Source: Paraspadella gotoi (Eukaryota; Animalia; Chaetognatha). Taken from it: a stretch of DNA of 25,522 nt. This document shows, piece after piece, positions 1 to 9,278 of the stretch (its first letter is position 1; each line of letters opens with the position of its first letter). The position numbers were made by a program, and so were the translations under genes. Under the pieces are notes generated by a model that did not search any database, was not told the DNA's origin, and was given only the letters and a program-made list of their open reading frames with translations. The stretch spans positions 19,447,943-19,473,464 of the forward strand of contig CM119268.1 in the NCBI GenBank assembly GCA_051294375.1. The letters run 5' to 3'.

Positions 1-606
1 AAAATAGTGAAACAAGTAATTTGCAAATTTTCATAAGTCGCATTAACTAAAATCTTTTTCTTTATTATAACCAATAAATACTCTAATTAAGCATAATTGG
101 ATGGATAGATTGAGTTAAAATTTTGGGTGTGGGTAGGAAAATGTGTGACAAAGCTTGATATAAAGTTTCGGTACAAGTGGAAATGAGTTTAAATGAAAAA
201 AATATGAGTAACATTTTCTTGACTCTTTTTACTTATTTTAACCCATAATAGATTGAGATGAATTGTTTTGAGCGGGAAGGAAAGTTTGTGAAGAAGCTAA
301 GAGTTTAAATGGAAAAAATATAAGTCACATTTACTTTATTTTAAGGACATCGATGATGATAAGCTGTATATAAATTTATAATTAATTATTTAAGCAAAGT
401 TCGAAAATAAGTTCTTCAACGATTTTATTTTTGTACGGACATGTTCTGACTCTTTTTTTGAGCCTTCATCAGCGTTAATAAACATTTACAATTTGCTTAA
501 ATCTCAACTCAACGAAACTGAAAGGATTAATACAATAATTAATATAATCGATTATATTAATATTAATTTTCGTTGGCAGATCCGACATTGTTTGCTCAAA
601 CTTGTT
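1..606 (+). mobile_element. 3' part of a Helentron-associated (HINE/DINE-1-like) element, same family as 16947-18715
   Basis: 1-340 holds the same 140-180-bp internal units (gggtaggaaa..gtggaaatgagtttaaatgaaaaaa..cacatttact) as 17090-18005. It ends in gcagatccgac-attgtttgctcaaa-cttgtt (576-606), nearly identical to 18685-18715, and sits in a T run. Confidence 0.7.
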
Positions 607-820
607 TATTACTGAATTAGAAAAATGTAATAGAGAGACATTTTTAAATTCAACTTGTATCCTTGAAAAGAAACGTTTTTTAACTTTAACCCTGAATTAT
701 TTTCTAACTGGAACATGTTTATCAAAATGTCTCTCTATTACATTTTTACAAAATGTTTTTAAGATTGCTAAATCAAATTTTTAATTTTTTGGTGGACTAA
801 CCCACTAACCGTTCATCAGG

Positions 821-890
821 CGCCATTGGTGCGGAAGGCAAGTCATTCGCCTCCCCAGCCCAAAGGTCCGGGGTTCTAGCCCGGTGGTCG
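821..890 (+). pseudogene. tRNA-derived (Gly-like) Pol III promoter head
   Basis: A-box-like tggtgcggaagg (827-838); ttcgcctccc resembles the tRNA-Gly(CCC) anticodon arm; T-arm/B-box ccggg-gttctag-cccgg (868-884); acceptor-like pairing ccat/gtgg. The anticodon stem is broken, so this is not a functional tRNA. Confidence 0.7.
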
Positions 891-893
891 TCT

Positions 894-967
894 GTCAGTT
901 AAGAGGGACGGGCGCTTAACCCGCCTGTAATATGGTGTACAGCCTGATCCGAAGCTCAGGGACTGGC
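894..967 (+). ncRNA. Putative twister self-cleaving ribozyme, type P5 permutation
   Basis: P5 gtcagtt(894-900)/gactggc(961-967); AA; P2 gagg(903-906)/ccc(920-922); conserved GA(907-908); T1 pseudoknot cggg(909-912) with tccg(948-951); UAA cleavage motif (917-919); T2 gc(923-924) with gc(954-955); P3 ctgta/tacag; P4 cctga/tcagg closing loop TCCGAAGC, which matches the twister UCCnAAGC consensus. P1 is reduced to a 4-nt linker. Confidence 0.75.
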
Positions 968-1044
968 TTATATTGAACGGTTCTATCAAAACTCATAACA
1001 ATAATTACTGTCTCTTCAATTTAATATTATTGCAGTCGTTTAGG

Positions 1045-1717
1045 GCTTAGGAGTCTAGTCGTTTTAGAAATCGAGGAAGACTTTTTCAATGGAGAATTTT
1101 CGTTAAAAATCTGACTACCAAATAATGTCAACGCCCCTGGGAAAAAATTTAGGTAAAAAATAGATGTAAAAACAGTCAATTCCGATCCTGGTTACGTCTG
1201 AAGGGCTTGCATTTTTTTTCTCTTGACAAGTAACCATATTTTGACATCGAACCATTCGATTCAAATGTACTGGTTCCCGCTCGGGAAAATATTTTGACAC
1301 AATTTTTATATATATAAAGGGATTTCTCAACTTCAATACAATGTCAACGCATTTAAGGTATGTTGTCATTTTACAATAAACTTCAAATTCAGGAATCCGA
1401 TAGCAATAATGTCTGAAGGCTCTCAAAATTTTTCTTAACATTTCATTTGGTATTTTAATATGATACGATCATGTCAAAGTGATTAGTCCATTTTGGTGAA
1501 ATTTTTATTTAAAGTAAAAGTAAAAGAGCAGCTAACGATCGGAATTCTAAGAATTCCAAAGAAGGGGTGGATTTTCCGAAGATTTTGGTTAATATTTTTA
1601 ATATTATGCTCGGATTTTTTTGAAACTAAAAATAGCAATATGCCATCATTCTACATTGGCCCGTCAAAGAATATAATAAAAAAAACCTCTGACTTTTTTC
1701 GTCAGAGCTTTGTCCTA
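1045..1717. mobile_element. Unclassified ~670-bp insertion
   Basis: Host sequence (gcagtcgtYtagg|ctgcaactc, contiguous in reverse complement at 7734-7755) is split here. The insert is flanked by tttagg at 1039-1044 and 1718-1723 and has a subterminal hairpin ctctgac..gtcagag near 1687-1707. Confidence 0.55.
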
Positions 1718-2791
1718 TTTAGGCTGCAACTCTTCAAATTCAGTGTAGATTCATTGTAGCTCGAATTTCTTTACCATCTTTTTAATTGAAGATTTTGTTC
1801 ATGACTGGAAAACCAACAGAGTAATTGTTTAATTCTCCCCTTCTAAACTAACCCATACCGCGTTTTAACTTCTTACCTAGAATTTTTTAACAACCAGATT
1901 GAAAAACAAATCTTTAAAAAATGAGCTTACCCATTTAACTTAACAATTTTGTTATTTACCCATTTTTAAAAAATGATTAAAAACAGAATGTTTACATATA
2001 AATAAAAACTTATTTTTTGTGATTACTGATGATTATAATGATTACGTATTGTTATTCTGAATGACCTTTCCTCTTAAAATGATTTATTTTTTTAAGAAAA
2101 TTAGTTTTTTTATATAATTTAATAATGGAAAATCGTAATAAAATATAGCGTCAGTCAGCGTAATGACCAAGGTCGTTATTCGACCGTGAATTCATAAAAT
2201 TATCGATTTATATAATTAACGTTAATAACTTTTATTTTTCATGTTTTTCTCGTTTGCCTTTTTGTTTTAACGAGGTTTTCCGCCGGTAGTCGACGTACCT
2301 CCTGTCACGCGCGTAGAATCAGGCTGCGTGCGACACGATGGCTCAACGTTTATGCAACCACTTGACGCGTGACAAGCTCCGCCTTTTTTCGGAGTACGCT
2401 TAACAAGAAAAACAAATTTGGAGTATTTATTCAGGAATACATGGTGACAATATTCCCAGCCAACCTTTAAAAACTTAAAAATTCTCCTTACGTTTAAATC
2501 GGGAACATCAAAAAAAAGCTTTTAAATAGGATGCGGTTTTTTTATACAGAGAGTGATCTGTACATATGATTTTAACTCAGATGAGGTGGTAATACATTAA
2601 TTATTCTAAAAAAACAGCCGCCTTACGTAATATTTAGCGGGTATTTTTGATGAAGCGGCATAGCGTAAACCTTTCTTGACGCAAATAACTTGTATATGGC
2701 ACATTATCCGTGAATATAATACCAAGAGTTGGTTGAACATGAAATAGAATCTGATTCTATGGTGGACTAAAATCGACGAGCCGTTCATCAG

Positions 2792-2861
2792 TGGCCATTG
2801 GTGCCGGAGGCAAGTCATTCGCCTCCCAGCCCAAAGGTCCGGGGTTTTAGCCCGGTGGTCG
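2792..2861 (+). pseudogene. tRNA-derived (Gly-like) Pol III head, copy 2
   Basis: Acceptor-like tggccat/gtggtcg; A-box-like tggtgccggagg; ttcgcctccca (Gly CCC-like); B box mutated to ggttttagcc. Confidence 0.65.
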
Positions 2862-2865
2862 CCTA

Positions 2866-2939
2866 GCAGTTAAGAGGGAAGTGGCGCTTAACCCGCCTGT
2901 AACACGGTGTTACAACCTGATCCGAAGCTCAGGTTCTGT
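2866..2939 (+). ncRNA. Twister-like ribozyme, copy 2, probably degenerate
   Basis: Retains gagg-GA, TAA-ccc-GC, P3 tgtaaca/tgttaca and P4 cctga-TCCGAAGC-tcagg. The T1 strand reads agtgg (2880-2884) instead of cggg, and P5 is only gcag/ctgt. Confidence 0.55.
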
Positions 2940-3038
2940 CACTAACACATAACTGGTAACAATAATTGCCGTCTCTTCACTGATTCGAAATTTTTTGGCG
3001 CAAACCTTTTCTTTTCCGTTCAGTTTCCCATTATTCAT

Positions 3039-3168
3039 CGGGCTTGCCTCTTGCCCCCAATTGGGCTTGCCAATAATTCCCTACTTGAGCTCGCCTCAAA
3101 TTTCTTCATTGGGCTTGCTTTGATTAAGGTCATTAAGCTAGCGTAAAATTCCGTTATTGGGCTTGCCT
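3039..3168. repeat. Degenerate 24-bp minisatellite, ~6 units
   Basis: A ttgggcttgcc-like core recurs at ~3039, 3061, 3085, 3109, 3133 and 3157. Confidence 0.7.
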
Positions 3169-3542
3169 CGAATTCCTCAACTTCGTTAAATCGCACTTTG
3201 AAACAATTATTTGAGGAAATCAAATCCCACGGGTCCAAGTGAGAGGAAATAAGTTTGAGGTAAGTTTCTCCCTCCAATTATCGACGAGAATCAAAATCCT
3301 GATTTCCTTGTGACGGGAAACTGCGTTCAGCTGACTGCGTCGTCGCGTCGGGACGCTGCCGTCGCTGCCGTCGCTGCCGCGAGATCGTCCGCCGCAAATG
3401 GGAGGAGCCTTCGTCGAGTTTACGGGTCGTTAACGCGAAATTAGTTCCTCGGATTAAAAATAAGCGAAATGATTATCGTCCGGAATTTTGAAGCCAAAAC
3501 AAAAACAAAAGGAGAATCGAGGCATTCCGTTGATCTTGAGAA

Positions 3543-3693
3543 ATGATGATGATGATGATGATGAATATTGATGATGATGATGATGATGATGATAATGATG
3601 ATTGATGAATGATAGAGCTCCCAGAAATACCATGCATTTTTGAAAGTTCCTGATACCTGCAAAGTTTCTTGTGCCAAATTTAGTGGAGAAAAC

Positions 3694-3727
<34 letters not shown>
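3543..3727. repeat. (GAT)n and (AAT)n microsatellites
   Basis: Direct reading: GAT run ~3543-3614, AAT run ~3695-3727. Confidence 0.95.
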
Positions 3728-4618
3728 CTCAATAAAAAATTTCCCTGAATGCTCTTGATGGATTTTCCATGCCAGTTTTTGCGTCGTACCACTTCCGGTT
3801 TTAAAAAATTAGGATTTTTAGAAAAAAAATGAGCTGTTATTTAGCCAGCATACTTAAATTAATCAAAATAATGTTATTAATAAACTTATTACTAAATTTT
3901 TTGTTGTGGTTTATAAATAAGGTTAAAAAATTATTATTATGAAAGACTTCAAATTAAAACTTATTAGTTTTTTTAAGTCAAATTGTCCCTGACCAAATTA
4001 CTCTACAAATTCAAATAAGATTTTATAAGAAAGTATGATTTGGTTATACAAATAGAACTCTCTAATGGATTTTAGATGATGCATGATGCAAAAAGAAAGT
4101 AGCGAATTAGATTGAAGGCGCCTTGGCCTTTGTGGCTAGCAAGCCTTCCCACCCAACCTTAACCCTAAACCTCTCCCCCAACCTAAACCTTAGCCCAGGC
4201 CTTTTATTCATTTGCAAGCCTCAACCCTAACCTTAACGTCCCTAGAACAAGCCTTTCTAAGCAACAGTAGCATCCGTCTGGAATTTCTGAGACGGCAAGC
4301 TCTGAAACTCAAGTACAAATGATAATTTGAAAGTCTGATTTTTTTCTCGTGCTTCTATTTATTTTCATGCTTTTATTTTTCTCCATTTTTCAAAATTTTT
4401 TCATCTGTTATGACGTCGCGTAGCGTCGCGTCGCGCGTGAAAATCCAACCGATTTCTTCTCATCATTTTTCACGTGTTTTTCGTTTTTGTTTCATTTTTT
4501 TTATTTTTCCTTTTTTTATTTTTTTTCGCCTAAAAACCTTCACAATTTTTTCCTCTTGCACGCAGAGGATTCAGAGGCCTGACCTCGTATCCCATCACCG
4601 TAGCCCGTGAACTTTTGA

Positions 4619-4619
4619 A

Positions 4620-4653
<34 letters not shown>

Positions 4654-4715
4654 GCTCTCTCTCTCTCCTCTCTTCTCTCAGCACTACCAATAAAGCGCCC
4701 ACCATATATTACTTA

Positions 4716-4788
<73 letters not shown>

Positions 4789-5105
4789 CAAGCCCTACCA
4801 AATAACAGCGCCCACCATATATTACTTACCATTACTCTTGATTGCCGCTAATCATCTAAAAACAAATATTGATTTATTTCTGCAACTTTTACGTTGATAA
4901 TAAAACGAAGTTTACGTAAGGATAAACTTAAAAACATCCGTCTGTTTATAAATCCGGTTTAGTCTGCAGTGGGGAAAAGAACAGAGATGGAGCCTTCGTT
5001 CTTTCCTCTCGTCTTATCTTTTCTCCTCTCTCTCTCTCTCTCTCTCTCTTCCTCTCTCTCTCTCTCTCTCTCTCCTTCTCCTCTCTCTCTCTCTCTCTCT
5101 CTCTT
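4619..5105. repeat. (CT)n microsatellite cluster with a duplicated ~38-bp spacer
   Basis: CT runs at 4619-4680, 4719-4787 and 5025-5103; ctaccaa..agcgcccaccatatattacttacca occurs at ~4684-4718 and ~4794-4831. Confidence 0.9.
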
Positions 5106-5409
5106 TCTTTTTTTTTTCTTTTGTTCCGGCGTCCTTTATCTCTTTTCATTTCTCCTATCTCTTTTCTTCTCTTCTCTTTCTCTCCCATCTTTTTTTTTCT
5201 ACTTTTTTTCTTCGCTCCTTTCCGCCCCGGTTCACAGAGGCGTCTATTTTCTCCGATTCTCCTATCACCCAAAGTTGGCCAAAATCATCATCATTTTCGT
5301 CGCTTCCATTACCATAATGGCGGTAAAAAACGGGAAGGGGGGCGGAGACGGGATAGGGAAACAAAGTGGGAGGGAATGGAAAGTGGGAAAAAAAGGAAAT
5401 AAAGAGTGA

Positions 5410-5645
5410 AAGACAAGAAAGAAAGAAATGAAAAAAAGAAGTAAAGAAAAAAATAAATAATTGAAAGAAAGAAAGAAAAAAAAAAGAAAAGAATTGAAAG
5501 AAATAACGAAATAAAGAAAGATAGAAGGAAAGAAATAAAGAAAAAAAAATGAAGAAAGAAAGAAAGAAAGAGAGAAAGGAAAAAAAATTTAAAAAATGAA
5601 AGAAAGAAGAAAAGAAAGAAAGAAAGAAATGAAAGAAAGAAATGA

Positions 5646-5681
<36 letters not shown>

Positions 5682-5886
5682 AAAGAATTGAAAGAAAGAA
5701 AGAAAGAAGGAAAAAATAAATAAACAAAGAAAGAAAGGAAGAAAAAAATATAGAAAGAAAGAAAAGAATTGAAAGGAAGAAATGAAGAAAGAAAGAAAGA
5801 AAGCAAGAAAGAAAGAAAAAAAAGAAAGAAACAAAGAAAGACAGAAAGAAAGAAAGAAATAAAGAAAGATAAGAAAGAAAAAAAGT

Positions 5887-5934
<48 letters not shown>

Positions 5935-5939
5935 AAAAA

Positions 5940-6014
<75 letters not shown>

Positions 6015-6015
6015 A
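5410..6015. repeat. (GAAA)n / (TAAA)n compound low-complexity tract
   Basis: Direct reading; it accounts for the long F/L/S-rich spurious ORFs. Confidence 0.95.
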
Positions 6016-6473
6016 GAGAAAAAAAAGGAGGAAAGAAAGAACAGATGGACAGACAACAAGATAGAGAGAAAAAGAATAGAAGGAATGTCGCAAAATTGGT
6101 AATTCCTTTGGTATATATATATAATATATATATATTGGTAATTCCTTTCCACATTAAGACGCCAACGAAGATGAATATGACGACGACGTCGACGACGACA
6201 ACGAGAGCAACGACGACGACAACGACGACGACGGCGACGACAATCTACTCAGTCCCTTTTCCTACCTCACCGAAAGTCTATTTTCGCCTCCCAGCAGAGA
6301 AGGTAATGACTGAATATTCCCGTTCATAACTTCTTTTTTTCTCTTTCTCTATTACATAAGTTATATGAAGAGAATTGAACTATTTATATGAAGATTTTGC
6401 TCTCTTAATGGCCTCGTTTTTAAGGACGGAGTCTGAGGAAGTTCGTCCCCGGGAGATTTTCGTCTTAGACTTG

Positions 6474-6520
<47 letters not shown>

Positions 6521-7126
6521 CTTTTTTACGTCGTTCTGTTAAATTCGTAATTTTTTGTCACGATTATTTTGAATTATTATTGTTACGTTGTTCCACTCCT
6601 ACTCTTTTTAGACTACTCCGTGCATCTTTATCCCGCATTCCAGCCTGCACCCACGGCCCCGTTTATAGAATTATCGTCGATTTTAGACTTCAGTCGTCAT
6701 GTACTCGTACATAGAAAGAAGACTATTATTTTCTCTCTCTCTTTCTCTCTCTCAGGTCTCTTTTTCAAATTGGTCCACTCAAAAAAAAAGAGAGATAGTA
6801 GAAATCAATAAAATAGAAATTAGAAAGAATTAAAGAATGAAAAGAGAAAGAAATAAAGAAAAAAAGAAAGAAAAACGAAAGAAAGAGAATAAAAAAGATA
6901 GAAAAGGAAAGAAAAAGAAAAGAAAAGAAAGAAAAAAGAAATCCTGCATATTATTTCCTTCTCACCCAGTTTCGAATCCATTTTGGTCCTCGTTTCAGAC
7001 AAGGGGCCCTCAGCCTCAGCTGGACGGAGACTGGGATGTAGGGGGGAGGGAGCGGACGGGGCGGAGGGGGGATTGGTTAGACTAGGTGGTGGTCCGAGGT
7101 CATTGAGAATGGAGTTAGCGATGGGA

Positions 7127-7192
7127 GGCCGTTAGAGATGCGAGGTGGTTAGAGATGGGAAGGGTGTTAGAGATGGGAAGGGTGTTAGAGAT
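7127..7192. repeat. Short 18-bp tandem repeat gttagagatgggaagggt, ~4 units
   Basis: gttagagat recurs at 7130, 7147, 7166 and 7184; also present in duplication copy B. Confidence 0.8.
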
Positions 7193-7349
7193 AGGTGACG
7201 AGCTATAGGAAATGAAATGGGGTCAACAAGACTTTTTTTTGTTGTTTGAGATAGTCACGGGTCTTTGCGACGATGTCGCTGTCCTAAAACGCTAAAGTTC
7301 TAATTGTTTTTTTTTTTTTTGTTTTGTTTTTTTTTTTCCCGGCCTTTAA

Positions 7350-8168
7350 GAGGAAAGGTCATTCAGCATAACAATACGTAATCATTGATGTATTAGAGCT
7401 AATACATCGAGAAATACATCGTAATCACCAGTAATCACCAAAAAAAAGTTTTTATTTATATGTCAACATTGTGTTTTAAAATATTTTTTTTGAAATCGGT
7501 AAATAAGAAAATTGTTAAGTTAAATGGGTAAGCACATTTTTTAAAGATTTGTTTTTCAATCTGTTTGTTAAAAAATTCTAGGTAAGAAGTTAAAACACGG
7601 TATGGGTTAGTTTAGAAGGGGAGAATTAAACAATTAATCTCGTTACTCTGTTGGTTTTCCAGTCATGAACAAAATCTTCAGTTAAATAGATGGTAAGAAA
7701 TTCGAGCTACAATGAATCTACACTGAATTTGAAGAGTTGCAGCCTAGACGACTGCAATAATATTGAATTAAAAATTTGATTAGCAATCTTAAAAACATTT
7801 GTTAAAATGTAATAGAGAGACATTTTGATAAGCGCGTTCCAGTTAGAAAGAATTCAGGGTTAAAGTTTAAAAACGTTTAATTTTCAAGGATACAAGTTAA
7901 AATTTAAAAATGTCTCTCTCTATTACATTTTTCTAATTCAGTAATAAAAAATTCATAAAAAATATCAGATGGATTGGCCTTTTCGTTTGACCTGCAACTC
8001 TTCAGATAGGTTTCTTTTATTTTAATATTATAATTAAAACCGATATAAAATGGGGTAGAATGCATCAAATGTTTAAAGTGAATACATTTTCGGATCGCCA
8101 GGAGCTCTGCTTTCTGAATTTGTACTCCATTTTTGGCATTTTGAAGTTGAACTGAATGACCCTTTTTC
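7350..8168 (+). mobile_element. Non-autonomous TIR DNA transposon with TTAA target duplication (Kolobok/T2-like)
   Basis: TTAA (7346-7349) gaggaaaggtcattcag ... ctgaatgaccctttttc TTAA (8169-8172); TIRs match 14/17; purine-purine start rather than the piggyBac CC start. Confidence 0.75.
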
Positions 8169-8291
8169 TTAAAAACTTTACTTTTACCCTTTGTGTCTTC
8201 ATCCATTTTTACGCATTTCCCGATTTCTTCTTTTCTTATTTTTATCCAATTTCGCTCTTTCCATTTCATTCCATTTTCTTGAGTTGCGGGG

Positions 8292-8362
8292 TAATTACAA
8301 GCTAAGCCGCTTGTAATTTACTTCTCGGTCGGTCGTTCGGTTTGTCCGTCGGAACAATATTA
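8292..8362 (+). mobile_element. Possible 5' end of another HINE/DINE-1-like element
   Basis: Hairpin aattacaagc-taagcc-gcttgtaatt followed by a ggtcggtcgttcgg..gtccgtc microsatellite-like stretch. No matching 3' end found. Repeated at ~14574-14634. Confidence 0.4.
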
Positions 8363-9209
8363 TAACTTCCGTTCTTCAGATTAGTTACCGCTAGCTATAG
8401 TTGATCTACTTTGCCCTGTTTCTATTTATCTTTTTATTCATTTTCCCCTCTTTCTTCTTATTTTATTGCATCTCTTTGATTCATTCAGACACTCCCTTAG
8501 TTTAGCGTTGTTTTTCTGGGGGTTTTTTTTGTTGGTTTTTTTTCATTGAATTTTTCTTCTTCCTTTTTTGTTTCTTTTTTTCCACCTAGTTATTTCCATT
8601 TTTCCTTCCAGTTTTTTTTTCGATTTTACCTCCTACTTTTTTTTCAACGGTTTTTTCATCTTTCCCTCCTCTGTCGTTTTTCCTTTCATTCTTTCCATTT
8701 TTCTTTCCATTTTCCCTCGTTTTTCTTGCCCGGTTTCGTCTTTTACTCTCGCTTTTCCAGCTTTTTAGTCTCCGTTTCCATTCAGACTTTTTGACGTTTC
8801 GTGAAAAACGGGTGACGTCTTTATGATCGAGTAATTCCCTCAAATAAGATTATTTTCCCACCTCTGACTGTCTGTCCCTCTCTCTCTCTCTCTCTGGTAG
8901 GAAAGTGTGTGATGAGCTGGATATAAAGTCTTGATGGAATTGTGCGAGTGGAAATGAGTTAAAATGGAAAAAAACAAAAGTCATATTTACTTGAAGTATT
9001 TTTAACTTAAATTTACTCATAATTATATGTTTATAAAAATTGGATAGATAAATCGAAATTGAATTTTGTGTGTGGGTAGGAAATAAGTGATAAAGCTGGG
9101 ATATTAATTTTTTGATTGGATCGTAGGAGTGGAAAAGAGTTCAAATTAGAAAAAACCAAAAGACACATTTATTTGAAATTTTTTAAAGTTTCTCTCTCTC
9201 TACTCTCTC

Positions 9210-9276
<67 letters not shown>
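9210..9276. repeat. (GATT)n microsatellite
   Basis: Direct reading. Confidence 0.95.
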
Positions 9277-9277
<1 letters not shown>

Positions 9278-9278
9278 A

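Larger units (their letters stand above)
788..1018 (+). mobile_element. SINE-like element, copy 1: tRNA-derived head plus twister-like ribozyme
   Basis: Colinear with 2758-2979 (shared start tWtggtggactaa, shared end taacaataatt..gtctcttca). Flanked by (a)attt direct repeats (783-787, 1018-1022). Absent from the homologous host sequence at 7741-7780. Confidence 0.8.
605..2073 (-). mobile_element. Interrupted copy of the TTAA-flanked non-autonomous TIR element at 7350-8168, in opposite orientation
   Basis: 605-787, 1018-1044 and 1718-2073 are the reverse complement of consecutive parts of ~7950 down to 7350. It ends ctgaatgacctttcctc followed by TTAA (2074-2077). Confidence 0.75.
2758..2979 (+). 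mobile_element. SINE-like element, copy 2: tRNA-derived head plus twister-like ribozyme
   Basis: Homologous to 788-1018 and flanked by a perfect 7-bp direct repeat ctgattc (2751-2757, 2980-2986). Confidence 0.8.
5645..8895 (+). repeat. ~3.2-kb direct duplication, copy A
   Basis: Colinear with ~11884-15200 through microsatellites, unique spacers and the embedded TIR element. Confidence 0.92.

Noticed and set aside
813-819. Minus-strand CTGATGA hammerhead core (also 2785-2791)
   Set aside because: No correctly placed GAAA or stem II and III partners were found in either copy.
821-890. Functional tRNA-Gly gene
   Set aside because: The anticodon stem is mismatched, the T arm is out of register, and it lies within a TSD-flanked repeat.
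4150-4237. Telomere-like aaccct/aacctt motifs
   Set aside because: Only a few scattered, degenerate units; not an array.
4946-6329. Long ORFs of up to 312 aa (also 11710-12479, 14687-15124, 19463-19885)
   Set aside because: They translate GAAA, TAAA and CT microsatellites or T-rich tracts, show no domain-like content, and their frames are not preserved between duplicate copies.
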